Part shown: positions 23,657-32,000 of the stretch, piece by piece
Layout: every line of letters begins with the position of its first letter
Position numbering within the stretch: the first letter of the stretch is position 1
Source of the DNA: an archaeon GW2011_AR10
Lineage (GTDB): Archaea > Iainarchaeota > Iainarchaeia > Iainarchaeales > GW2011-AR10
NCBI GenBank assembly: GCA_000830275.1
Contig: CP010424.1
Coordinates: 660,001 to 692,000, forward strand
DNA length: 32,000 bases
Direction: 5' to 3'
Made by a program: the position numbers and the translations under genes
The notes under the pieces: model-generated
Databases searched by the model: none
What the model was told of the DNA's origin: nothing
The model's input: the letters and a program-made list of their open reading frames with translations, nothing else

Positions 23657-26600
23657 ATGGGTGTCCTAGATTCATTGAAAAACATTTATTTTGGCCTCGA
23701 GGAAAAGTACTATTCTCTGCTGGACAAAATCGATGAAAGGATCCCAATTTACAAGATAATCGACCCAATTGACAAGATTGTGCCGAGTTTTGCACTGGTT
23801 TTAATCATCGGTTTCTTGCTCCTTGTTTTGGCACTATGGTGGCTTGCAGGAATACTGCTGCCGCCGACAACCTCAACCCTGACAATTGTTGTGGTGGAAG
23901 AGGATAAAACTCCAATAGAAAATGCTGCCGTAACTTTTTCGGTTGGCGGTGAGGAAGAAAGCAGGGAGCGCACAAACGAAAACGGTGAAGCAAAGCTTGA
24001 GGGCATTGAAAAGGGAACAGAGGTGTTCGTTGAAGCCGAGAAAGAAGGCTATCAGACAAGGACAAGGAGCGTGTTCGTTTCAGAGGTTCCAAGCCAGGTT
24101 GAAGAAATCGTTTTGGAGCTGGAGGAAGCTGCATTTGAAACAAAAACAATCAGGCTTGTTGATTCTCTTGGGCAAGGCGTTCCGGCTGAGTTCACGCTTA
24201 CTTTCAGCTGCAGTGACCCTTTTGCAACTCCGCCTTCACCGGTAAACCTGCTTAGAAGCGATTTTGGGGTTGCAAGGGTTCAGGTGCCAAGCAACTGCGG
24301 AACACTGCGCGTTTCAGTAATTGATGATGCAGGCTATGAAAACATAACAAGCATTGAGGTCATTGGGAATGACTTCAGGATTGAGTTAAGTGAAGCAGTA
24401 AAGCCTGAAGGCACAATCGCGGTAAACCTGCTGGATGAAGACGGAAATCCAATTGAGGACTCAGTTGAAGTGCAGTTGTACCGCTACGATGACCTGGTTC
24501 AGAACCCGGAAATAGGGCCAATTGATTTTGGTTACAGTTCCGGCGGGCAAGCAACATTTGTTGCAACTGTGGGACAGTACGTGGTGAAGACGTTTGACTC
24601 TTCCGGAGTTTATGGGGATGAAACTTCCGCCAGGATAACGCTTTCAGCTGATGAAACCAAGACAGTTAACATCACTTTAACTGCGAATGTCATTGGGAGC
24701 ATTAAGATTCAGGTAATTGATTCTGCTTCAAGGCAGCCGGTTGACAATGCAAAGGTAACATTAAAGTATCAGAGCGATGAAAGGCAGGTGGCGCAGCTCA
24801 CAACTGACTCGGATGATGACGCAATAGTTGAGTTCTCCATTTCCAGGGACGTGGAATACAGGGTTTTGGTTGAAGCAGAAGCCTACCAGCTTGGAAAAAG
24901 GGAGAGCCTTGAAATAAGCAGTGCTGTTGTAGTGGTTGAGCTCAACAAGTGCACTCCAACAACTTGCGGAAAGCTTTTAGTGAAGGTGCTAGACCAAGAC
25001 GGGGAACCAGTGGAAAATGCTGCTGTTTCATTGTACAATGCTTCAACCAATTACCTGGCTGGCTACAGCAACAAGGTGTCTGATCTCAATGGAGTTGCAG
25101 AGTTTACTGGAGTCAGCTCCGGAAACTACTTTGCGTTTGCGTTCAAGGAAACAATTTCAGGGAGAAGCGACACAACATATTTCAGCAGTACAAGCAATGA
25201 CGATGAAGACGTTGACTTGACTGTTTCAATGGAGATTCCAAACGGGATTGTGAGGGCGCTTATTGTTGACAAGGAAGGAAGAGGAATTGCTTTTCCAATT
25301 GTTACTGTGTTTGATGCGCGCACAAACGAGGTCATTGGCTCAAGGCAGGGGGAAGCGGATGGCACCTTCGAGCTTGAAACAAAGGCTGACAAAAGGGTTT
25401 ACCTGCGCGTTAGGCAGAAGGACTCAAAGCCAAGGATGGCAGACTACTTCACTGTAGCGAGGCCTGTTGTGCCGTCAACCATTCAGGAGTTCACAATAGT
25501 AATGGAGCCGGAAATAATTGACAAGGACATCGAGGCAGAGTTTTTGGGTTTGTTCCAAGCAGGGGAAAGGGCAAAGACTCTTTCAAAAGGAGAACAGTAC
25601 ACGGCAAGATTCAGGTTGCGCGTGCCAGAGGAAAAGGATTACTCTGAAACAGGAATGCACATCAGGGTTGGAAAAGAACTCATAATGGAAAAAGACCCCA
25701 TTGTGTTGAAGGAAATAAACGCTCCAGCAGCATCAATCATCAAGGCAACAAAGTTTGACCCTGACTCAGGATTAAGCGAACAGCAATATGCTTTGACGAA
25801 TGATGACGCAAAATGGTCCAACATTGTTTGGAGCAATGAGCCGGCTGCAGGAATATATGAGGTTGAATCGGTTGTGGAAATAAAGGAAACCGCCTCAATT
25901 CGCGATGAGCTGGAAGTGCATTGGCGGGGCTGGGCTGAAAACGGAATCAGGGAAAGAAATCCTGAGGATGACTCTGTTTCAATTGAGCTTTACTCTAATA
26001 CCCACACGCAGGTGTTTGAGGTTGGCGTAACCACTTTGTGCAGTGAGGACTTCTGTTTCAGCGCAAGGATAAGGGACCAGGAAGCAGGCCTAACCGAATC
26101 TGTTTCTGATGCGTACACTGCAAGGATTGGGAACACTTACGAATTTAGGTTCATTATTACAAACAACAACCCTTCAAGGATTCACGACAACGCGGATCTT
26201 AGAATCAACAACGTTGACCAGGCAGTCAGGTTTTTGGAGTACAGCATGGTGAACGCGCAAACAGGAGAACTGCAAGGCGTAGTCAATGGTTCAGAATTTC
26301 CAAGGCTGAACGTTGGCAATTTGAGCCCAAACCAGGACATTGTTCTGACAACAGAGTTCGTAACATTGAAGCCAATCACAGGCATCATAAGCATCAGGCT
26401 TGTATCTGATGAGGCAATTGTTTTCGAGAAAAACCTTACAATCCAGATTTCTGCGCCGAAGGAAATGACTGTAACTGTTCTACCGCAGCGCTATGCTTCC
26501 GGCATAGAAACAGACATTAATGTGCTGGTCAAGGACAAGGAAACAAGGCTTGAGCTGGAGGAAGCTGTTGTAAGGCTCAAAGACAGAAGGGATAACACCA

Positions 26601-29600
26601 TTGAAGCAACTCAAACAGGCAAAGACGGCTTTGCTTTCCTCATTGTTCCAGCGCAGATGCCGGGAGAGGTTCTAACGCTTGAAGTAAGAAAGCCTGGCTA
26701 CAACACGAAGGAAGTTGAGCTGAAAATTGAGTCAGGGGTGCTTGAGTTAAGCCCTGACCAGCTAGGCGTGCAGTTGAATGTAAAGGACAAGCCCGCATCA
26801 GATGAAACTTTTAGCGCAAAGAATGTTACGCCTTTCCCGTTGAAGATAACTGCAATTGAGCTGAATGGCAGCTTCAAGAATTTGCTGGATGAGAAAGCAA
26901 TAAATGAGTGGCTTGAAGCATCTTACATTGACCTTGTTATAAAGTCAGGCGAGCGCAGGGAAATGACTCTCAAAACTTTCCTCAGCCAAGATGCATTGGT
27001 TTTAGAGGACAGGGAGAGAGTTGAAGGAAACCTGGACATTGAGGTGAGCAATTTCGGCCACAAGTGGACTTTCAACATTCCTGTTGTGGTTTCAATAGGC
27101 ATTGGGGGAGAGGTAGATGACCCGAGCTGCTTGATTTTGAACAGAAAGGAATGGAAAACAAGTACTGAAGGGCAGCCTGTTGTCATTGAATTGATACTTG
27201 AAAACAACTGCACTATTGGCGGGAAGCCAGTAGAGCTGAGGAACCTTGAGGCAAAAGTTGACTGGCAGGGCAACCAGATCGGAATTTATGATGTTACAAT
27301 AGGCGATGACAGGACAGAGTTGAGAAGCGGTTACTTCAAGACACTGCTCACAAGGCTTGAAAGAGAAGCATCAGTCAGCAGCATTTTAACTTTCACTCCA
27401 TTCGGCGGCATTAACGGCATTGCATCATCTGAAATAGTGGTTCAGGCAAAGAACCCGTTGGAGGGAGCAGACCAAATCCTTTCAAACAAAATCAGCAGCG
27501 AAATAACAGTGATTAATTTGCAGGACTGCATCAGCGTTGACAAGGAGCTGGTGATAATGAACACTGGCGAGAGCGCTCCGTTCAATGTAAGCACAGTCAA
27601 CTGTGGTTCCCCTATTGACTTTGAGCTCGTGTCAGAGCTTGAGTTAAGCACAACCGAGTTCACTCTTGCTGACAACGCGAGCCAGACAATAGAAATACTT
27701 TCAGGAGATGCAATTACAGGCCAATACCCTGTTTTCATTAAGCCAAAGTTTGCTTCAGAGCAGCAGGAGCAGTTGCTTAGAACGGTTAGGGCAAGAATTC
27801 TTGACCCGGGAAACTGCATTGAGTTAAGCAGGTTCGAATTCGATGTCTATGATAACCCCAACGTTACTTTTGACGGATTTGACACAGCTGAGCTAATCAA
27901 CAACTGCCACGAGAAACGCGTTCAAGTAAGGGTTGACATGCGCGACTGGCTTGAGGCACTGAAGGGCGGCTTCAAGTGGGGCCTGCTTACTTTCGGGTTA
28001 AGCTTGTTGGGCAACATTGGCGAGAAAGGCAGTATTTCTGGAGCACTTGGGTTTGGGGGAAGTGATTCTGGGCAGCTTGCTGCTTCACAGCCTTATTTGC
28101 CGGGCGATCAACCACCATGGTATGGCGGCGCTGCAACTCCGCCTGCAGGAACTCCTCCTGGAGCAGAGTACAGGCCCTTTAATTCAATACAGTACAGGGG
28201 AAACACTTACTGGAAAGACCAGACAAATGGCCAGTGGTATGATGCTCAAGGCAAACCTATTCCAAATCAATACTGGGGACAGTTAGAGCAAATAAGGCAG
28301 CAGGGCGACTTAGAGGAACAAAATGAAGAGCAGACAGGCTTGATTGAATTCTCGCCGGTTGCATTTGCTTCATTGTATGATTCAACTGAGTGGAACGAGA
28401 TTCCAAGCATTACCGGCCTACAGTTTTTTGGAGGCAACTCTGGTTTGGGCGGAGTTGGTTTCCTGCTTGGCGGGGTTTCAGGAATAATGAATGCAGTAAT
28501 TGGAAAAGGAAACCCGATAATGCAGGGTGCAAAAGGCTGGCTGATTGGAACTTTGGTTGAGTACTTTCGCCAGGAGAAAGAGGTAAGCTTTTTGACAACG
28601 CAGCCTGATGTGGAGGTTAAATCGGTTTTGCTTCACCCGAAAACAAGAGAGGCATTGCTTGGAGGCGGCGAACCAGACACTGATGTTGAATTGACGCAGG
28701 AAGAAAAGCCAGTGGGGGAGGCAAGAATTGATTCAGGGATTCCTGTAACTCCGACAACCGCAACAAGCAACATTGATATTGTTCTGGCAAGAGACCCATT
28801 CAAGCCAGACCTCAAGGTTGAAAAGAGGGGCCTTGTGTTTACAAACATAAGCGGCTTCACCACAACAGAGGTTGAACCTGAGTACAAGATTCTCAGGGTT
28901 TTAGGGTTAAGGCACAAGTATATTGACAAGGTTTATGACAAGGACGACTTTGATGTTGATGAAGAGAAGGGCTTCTTTAATTTCACTGGTAGCAGCGAAA
29001 AGATTAACCCTGAGTCAGGGGAATTGGATGAGGAAGACCCGGAAACATTAAGAGAGCTTTACCACCTTGAGTTCAATTCAGTGCCGCCTGAAACTTATTT
29101 GCCGCCTTCGCCTGCGCTGCTTAACTGCCAGGATGGCCTTAGAACTGGCAGGACAGGAAAGGAAGCACTGCCAAAAGTTAAGTTTGACTGGACATGGAAC
29201 GCGATTGATGAAGATGAGTGTGACATAACAAATGATGACTCGGTTTACTGTGATGCAACGCAGTTCAGCATTGAGGTGCTGCAGAAAGCCAACAGGATAG
29301 CTGAGTTCCTTGAAACGAATGCAGGCAGGCTTAAGTGCCCGAGCCCGTTTGACCTGCTGCAGAACACTGCAATAATTCCCACCTATGATATTGGCGTTGC
29401 AAGCGTTGCTTTGAACAAGAACAACAACAATGTTACAATTCAGGCTGAAATACAGAACACGAACCCTGCACAAATCGAAACAGAGGTAAAGATGGAAGTG
29501 TTTGAGGCTGAAAGCAACGAGTTGAAGGCAGTGCCATGCAAGCAAACCATTAGTGTTTTGAGCAAGGAACAGGTTGCATGCGAGGTAACAGGCCTTGATG

Positions 29601-30991
29601 ACGGAGTTTATAGAACGGTTGTAAGCATCACTCCGCAAATTGACTGCCAAGACTGCGAGGACAAAACTGCAAGCAATTCTCTTGGAATTGGCTTTGTGAT
29701 TGGGGAAACAGGGTTGGAGGAATGCGAGCCATTTTCCACTTCGAGGCTGCCTGAGTTTTTGTCTGCAAGCGGAATTACTGGTGGAGAAGCAGATGAAATC
29801 CTTGAAGCAGTGGAGTTCCAGGCCCAGCTGATTGATGACAGGTATAGCTCTGACTTCCAGAGGGACTTCGACAACTTCTCAAAGCTTGAGAGCTTCTTTA
29901 ATGCACCGCAGTACTACACTGATGAGGAAAGGGGTTTAGGCATTTACTTTAGTGAACCGGAGCTATTCAAGTTTGAGCCAATGTTTGGAACAGCAAACCC
30001 GGAAGGATACAAGCTGCCGGGAGCGGGAATCTATAACGTGCAGATTGACATAACTTATGATGATGAAACATGGCAGCTCTTCGATGACAAGGGAGCGAAT
30101 GCAAAGATTAGGGTGAAGCTGAGCAAGGCCGATACTCCAAGGCCTGACTCGCCTTTTTACAGCCTGCCGTTTGACGGGACAATTGGAGGCGATGGAAGAG
30201 TGGGCTATGGCCTTAACTATAATGGAGAGGTTGTCTTGGTTAACTCTGACATCGAGGGGGTTAGAACAGTTGAATTGCCTGGCTCAACTCCAGTGAGAGA
30301 ATTGACTGTTGAGGTTTCAAACAGCTTCAAGAGGCTTAACACTGACAACAGGGGCGTTGTGCTACAGGTGCTTGGAGGCTCTGAACCAAAGCTCGTGTAT
30401 TCGCCGAGCAAGGCCACTCCAGTTATGCTGAGGCTGGTGAACAACCAGGACGAGGCATGGGCGTTTTACAGCGTTGAGGTTTCAGGCGGAGCACAAGAAG
30501 TTGGGCCAAGCATGAACAGATGGGTTGGCGTTGGCTTCAACTGCAAGGGCTTTGATGACAGGTATATGACTGAGTACTTCTTTGAGGCTGACCAGCATGG
30601 TCTTCAGACAAGCTGTGCAAGGCTTGAGCCAAACAGGATTAAGACAAGCTATGGCTTTGAGTTCTGTGATGCCGTGAAGTTCGGCGACATGTACTTGAAG
30701 TCAGTGTTCTTTACTCCACAAGAGCAGCAGAGCCTCATGACTTTGACTGGAAGAAACGATGACTCAGAGCTGATAACTTCAAGCACTGCCGGAACAATTG
30801 TTTCCTTGGATGGAATAGGAATTGCTGGAACAATTAATTCAGTTGAGGACATATTTGACTTGGTTAAGGAAGAGCTTGTGTGCGTTTCAACAAGCGAGGG
30901 AAAAACAGAGTTCTGGTGGAACACAAAGAAAGTGCTTGAAACAATTCAGAGCCAGGAAGACAGGGCAATCAACCAGTGCATTCTTGAGTAA
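23657..30991 (+). CDS. giant membrane-anchored surface protein, paralog 3 (2444 aa)
   Basis: Uninterrupted 7.3 kb ORF. Parts in order: N-terminal motif (23657-23791), TM (23792-23860), six CarboxypepD_reg-like repeats (about 23870-25500), GMHIRVG (25652-25672), a Gly-rich hydrophobic / P-Y-Q-W-rich / Gly-rich hydrophobic block (about 27960-28570), YCDATQFS (29246-29269), LIDDRYSSDFQRDF (about 29822-29875), C-terminal VCVSTSEGKTEFWWN. Confidence 0.9.
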   Translation: MGVLDSLKNIYFGLEEKYYSLLDKIDERIPIYKIIDPIDKIVPSFALVLIIGFLLLVLALWWLAGILLPPTTSTLTIVVVEEDKTPIENAAVTFSVGGEEESRERTNENGEAKLEGIEKGTEVFVEAEKEGYQTRTRSVFVSEVPSQVEEIVLELEEAAFETKTIRLVDSLGQGVPAEFTLTFSCSDPFATPPSPVNLLRSDFGVARVQVPSNCGTLRVSVIDDAGYENITSIEVIGNDFRIELSEAVKPEGTIAVNLLDEDGNPIEDSVEVQLYRYDDLVQNPEIGPIDFGYSSGGQATFVATVGQYVVKTFDSSGVYGDETSARITLSADETKTVNITLTANVIGSIKIQVIDSASRQPVDNAKVTLKYQSDERQVAQLTTDSDDDAIVEFSISRDVEYRVLVEAEAYQLGKRESLEISSAVVVVELNKCTPTTCGKLLVKVLDQDGEPVENAAVSLYNASTNYLAGYSNKVSDLNGVAEFTGVSSGNYFAFAFKETISGRSDTTYFSSTSNDDEDVDLTVSMEIPNGIVRALIVDKEGRGIAFPIVTVFDARTNEVIGSRQGEADGTFELETKADKRVYLRVRQKDSKPRMADYFTVARPVVPSTIQEFTIVMEPEIIDKDIEAEFLGLFQAGERAKTLSKGEQYTARFRLRVPEEKDYSETGMHIRVGKELIMEKDPIVLKEINAPAASIIKATKFDPDSGLSEQQYALTNDDAKWSNIVWSNEPAAGIYEVESVVEIKETASIRDELEVHWRGWAENGIRERNPEDDSVSIELYSNTHTQVFEVGVTTLCSEDFCFSARIRDQEAGLTESVSDAYTARIGNTYEFRFIITNNNPSRIHDNADLRINNVDQAVRFLEYSMVNAQTGELQGVVNGSEFPRLNVGNLSPNQDIVLTTEFVTLKPITGIISIRLVSDEAIVFEKNLTIQISAPKEMTVTVLPQRYASGIETDINVLVKDKETRLELEEAVVRLKDRRDNTIEATQTGKDGFAFLIVPAQMPGEVLTLEVRKPGYNTKEVELKIESGVLELSPDQLGVQLNVKDKPASDETFSAKNVTPFPLKITAIELNGSFKNLLDEKAINEWLEASYIDLVIKSGERREMTLKTFLSQDALVLEDRERVEGNLDIEVSNFGHKWTFNIPVVVSIGIGGEVDDPSCLILNRKEWKTSTEGQPVVIELILENNCTIGGKPVELRNLEAKVDWQGNQIGIYDVTIGDDRTELRSGYFKTLLTRLEREASVSSILTFTPFGGINGIASSEIVVQAKNPLEGADQILSNKISSEITVINLQDCISVDKELVIMNTGESAPFNVSTVNCGSPIDFELVSELELSTTEFTLADNASQTIEILSGDAITGQYPVFIKPKFASEQQEQLLRTVRARILDPGNCIELSRFEFDVYDNPNVTFDGFDTAELINNCHEKRVQVRVDMRDWLEALKGGFKWGLLTFGLSLLGNIGEKGSISGALGFGGSDSGQLAASQPYLPGDQPPWYGGAATPPAGTPPGAEYRPFNSIQYRGNTYWKDQTNGQWYDAQGKPIPNQYWGQLEQIRQQGDLEEQNEEQTGLIEFSPVAFASLYDSTEWNEIPSITGLQFFGGNSGLGGVGFLLGGVSGIMNAVIGKGNPIMQGAKGWLIGTLVEYFRQEKEVSFLTTQPDVEVKSVLLHPKTREALLGGGEPDTDVELTQEEKPVGEARIDSGIPVTPTTATSNIDIVLARDPFKPDLKVEKRGLVFTNISGFTTTEVEPEYKILRVLGLRHKYIDKVYDKDDFDVDEEKGFFNFTGSSEKINPESGELDEEDPETLRELYHLEFNSVPPETYLPPSPALLNCQDGLRTGRTGKEALPKVKFDWTWNAIDEDECDITNDDSVYCDATQFSIEVLQKANRIAEFLETNAGRLKCPSPFDLLQNTAIIPTYDIGVASVALNKNNNNVTIQAEIQNTNPAQIETEVKMEVFEAESNELKAVPCKQTISVLSKEQVACEVTGLDDGVYRTVVSITPQIDCQDCEDKTASNSLGIGFVIGETGLEECEPFSTSRLPEFLSASGITGGEADEILEAVEFQAQLIDDRYSSDFQRDFDNFSKLESFFNAPQYYTDEERGLGIYFSEPELFKFEPMFGTANPEGYKLPGAGIYNVQIDITYDDETWQLFDDKGANAKIRVKLSKADTPRPDSPFYSLPFDGTIGGDGRVGYGLNYNGEVVLVNSDIEGVRTVELPGSTPVRELTVEVSNSFKRLNTDNRGVVLQVLGGSEPKLVYSPSKATPVMLRLVNNQDEAWAFYSVEVSGGAQEVGPSMNRWVGVGFNCKGFDDRYMTEYFFEADQHGLQTSCARLEPNRIKTSYGFEFCDAVKFGDMYLKSVFFTPQEQQSLMTLTGRNDDSELITSSTAGTIVSLDGIGIAGTINSVEDIFDLVKEELVCVSTSEGKTEFWWNTKKVLETIQSQEDRAINQCILE

Positions 30992-31018
30992 TGAAAATGA
31001 TGGGGCAAGGAAAGAGAA

Positions 31019-32000
31019 ATGGGATTAAAGGAAATTTATTATTCGCTGGAGGACAAATATTATGCTTTTCTTGACCGTCTCAACGAGTCTATTCCTGTTT
31101 ACAAAGTAATTGATCCCATTGACAGGATTGTACCGAGCTTTGCCTTGTTTTCAGCGATTTTTCTCCTAATACTCATTGCAGTCTTATACATAATCTTTTC
31201 TTCTTTTTTGCCAGTGGCAAAAGGAAGCCTTTCGGTTGTTGTAAAAAGCCAGGATGGAGAGCCGCTGCAGAATGCAACAGTACTTGTTTCAGGCCAAGCC
31301 CTTGAGTTCCCTGTTGAGGAGAAAACCAACAAGAGTGGAAGGGCACTGGTAGAGGAATTAGAGCAGGGAAAAGAGTACTCGGTTGAAGTGGAAAAACGAA
31401 ATTACCGGAAGGCAACTGAAACTGTTGTATTGGATGAAGCAGAAAAACTCCTTATGGTTGAATTGGAGCGTGAAACACCTCCACCAAGCCCAATAACCAT
31501 TGAATTTACCGATTCCAGCGGCAAAAAAATGGATGGCCGAACAATTCAGGTGCATTTTTCCTGCACCAACAGCCAGGTTGCTTTGCTTCAGGCTGATTTC
31601 TCTGTTACCAGCGGAGAAATAACCATTACCCCGCCTGAAGATTGCGGGCTGCTGAGCGTGAGGGCAACTGCTTCTGGTTTCAAGCCCCTGGAGGCAATAA
31701 TTGACAGGGGCGGGAAAGTGCTGCGGTTTGAAGCAGAGGAAACCGCTAAGGGAAGCATTCTGTTTGTTGTAAGGGACTCTGAAACCGACAGGCTGTTGAA
31801 TGGCATAAAGGTTTCGGTTTTTGATTTGCAGGATTTCCCGGTTGGAGTTCCGCGTTTTACTGACAGAGGCGAAGCAGTTTTTTCAATTGAACCAGGCTCA
31901 TACAAAGCAATAATCGAAGATGAAAGCTCGGATTACGGCAGCGAGGAAGTAAGCTTTTCAGTGCAGGAAAGGGAATCATCCACAAGGGAAGTGGAGCTCT
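31019..32000 (+). CDS. giant surface protein paralog 4, 5' part only (open to the window end)
   Basis: This ORF is not in the supplied track because it has no stop in the window. I translated it by hand from ATG 31019 and found 327 codons with no stop. The protein begins MGLKEIYYSLEDKYYAFLDRLNESIPVYKVIDPIDRIVPSFALFSAIFLLILIAVLYIIF, which is the N-terminal motif plus TM and is closest to paralog 3. CarboxypepD_reg-like repeats follow, including the conserved Cys pair (FSCTNS...PEDCGLLSV). It starts 27 nt after the giant-3 stop. Confidence 0.85.
   Translation, partial: MGLKEIYYSLEDKYYAFLDRLNESIPVYKVIDPIDRIVPSFALFSAIFLLILIAVLYIIFSSFLPVAKGSLSVVVKSQDGEPLQNATVLVSGQALEFPVEEKTNKSGRALVEELEQGKEYSVEVEKRNYRKATETVVLDEAEKLLMVELERETPPPSPITIEFTDSSGKKMDGRTIQVHFSCTNSQVALLQADFSVTSGEITITPPEDCGLLSVRATASGFKPLEAIIDRGGKVLRFEAEETAKGSILFVVRDSETDRLLNGIKVSVFDLQDFPVGVPRFTDRGEAVFSIEPGSYKAIIEDESSDYGSEEVSFSVQERESSTREVEL

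Noticed and set aside
4565-30991. Giant paralogs as a recent duplication or assembly collapse/expansion artefact
   Set aside because: The paralogs differ in length, share only low protein identity outside short motifs, and show no long identical nucleotide stretches by eye. This is inconsistent with a misassembled repeat.
1-32000. Mobile-element boundaries, integrase/transposase genes, tRNA or rRNA genes, prophage structural genes
   Set aside because: No ORF has recognisable transposase, integrase or capsid motifs. No cloverleaf-like or rRNA-like segment fits in the short spacers. No terminal inverted or direct repeats flank the array within the window.

Overview
The window is almost entirely coding on the + strand, with GC in the mid-40s % by eye. 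It looks archaeal, plausibly from a small-genome or DPANN-like lineage. That assignment is inference from four things: A/T-rich TATA-like boxes 33-39 nt upstream of several start codons, oligo-T tracts after stops, a KG|F class-III-type signal peptide lacking Glu+5, and an aRelE-like toxin.

The dominant feature is a tandem, same-strand array of four giant genes that fills about 78% of the window (24.8 kb). They encode 2834 aa, 2669 aa and 2444 aa proteins, plus a fourth gene with at least 327 codons that runs off the 3' edge. The four are deeply diverged but collinear. Each has these parts in order:
- a conserved ~41-47 aa N-terminal motif (Y..LE.KYY...D....IPVY..ID.I...IPSF)
- one TM helix
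- 6-7 CarboxypepD_reg-like beta-sandwich repeats
- a G(M/V)H.RVG mid-domain
- more beta-sandwich modules
- a Tyr-rich low-complexity segment at an equivalent position
- a Cys-rich YCDA(T/K)Q(L/F)S module

Giant 1 also carries a ~740 aa C-terminal extension absent from giants 2 and 3. It contains Gly-rich hydrophobic segments, two DxDGDG acidic loops and a lysozyme/SLT-like tail in which the expected catalytic Glu is Lys.

Two smaller genes sit between the giants: a 490 aa pilin-like (class III signal) Cys-rich protein and a small polytopic membrane protein.

Upstream of the array are:
- a possibly truncated hypothetical gene
- two paralogous secreted proteins that share a novel C-x6-9-G(K/Q)F(R/N)L-x3-C module
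- a RelB/RelE-type toxin-antitoxin pair
- a minus-strand pterin-4a-carbinolamine dehydratase

I saw no rRNA, tRNA, CRISPR array, transposase or integrase. All domain calls were made by eye from the translations, and no database search was run.
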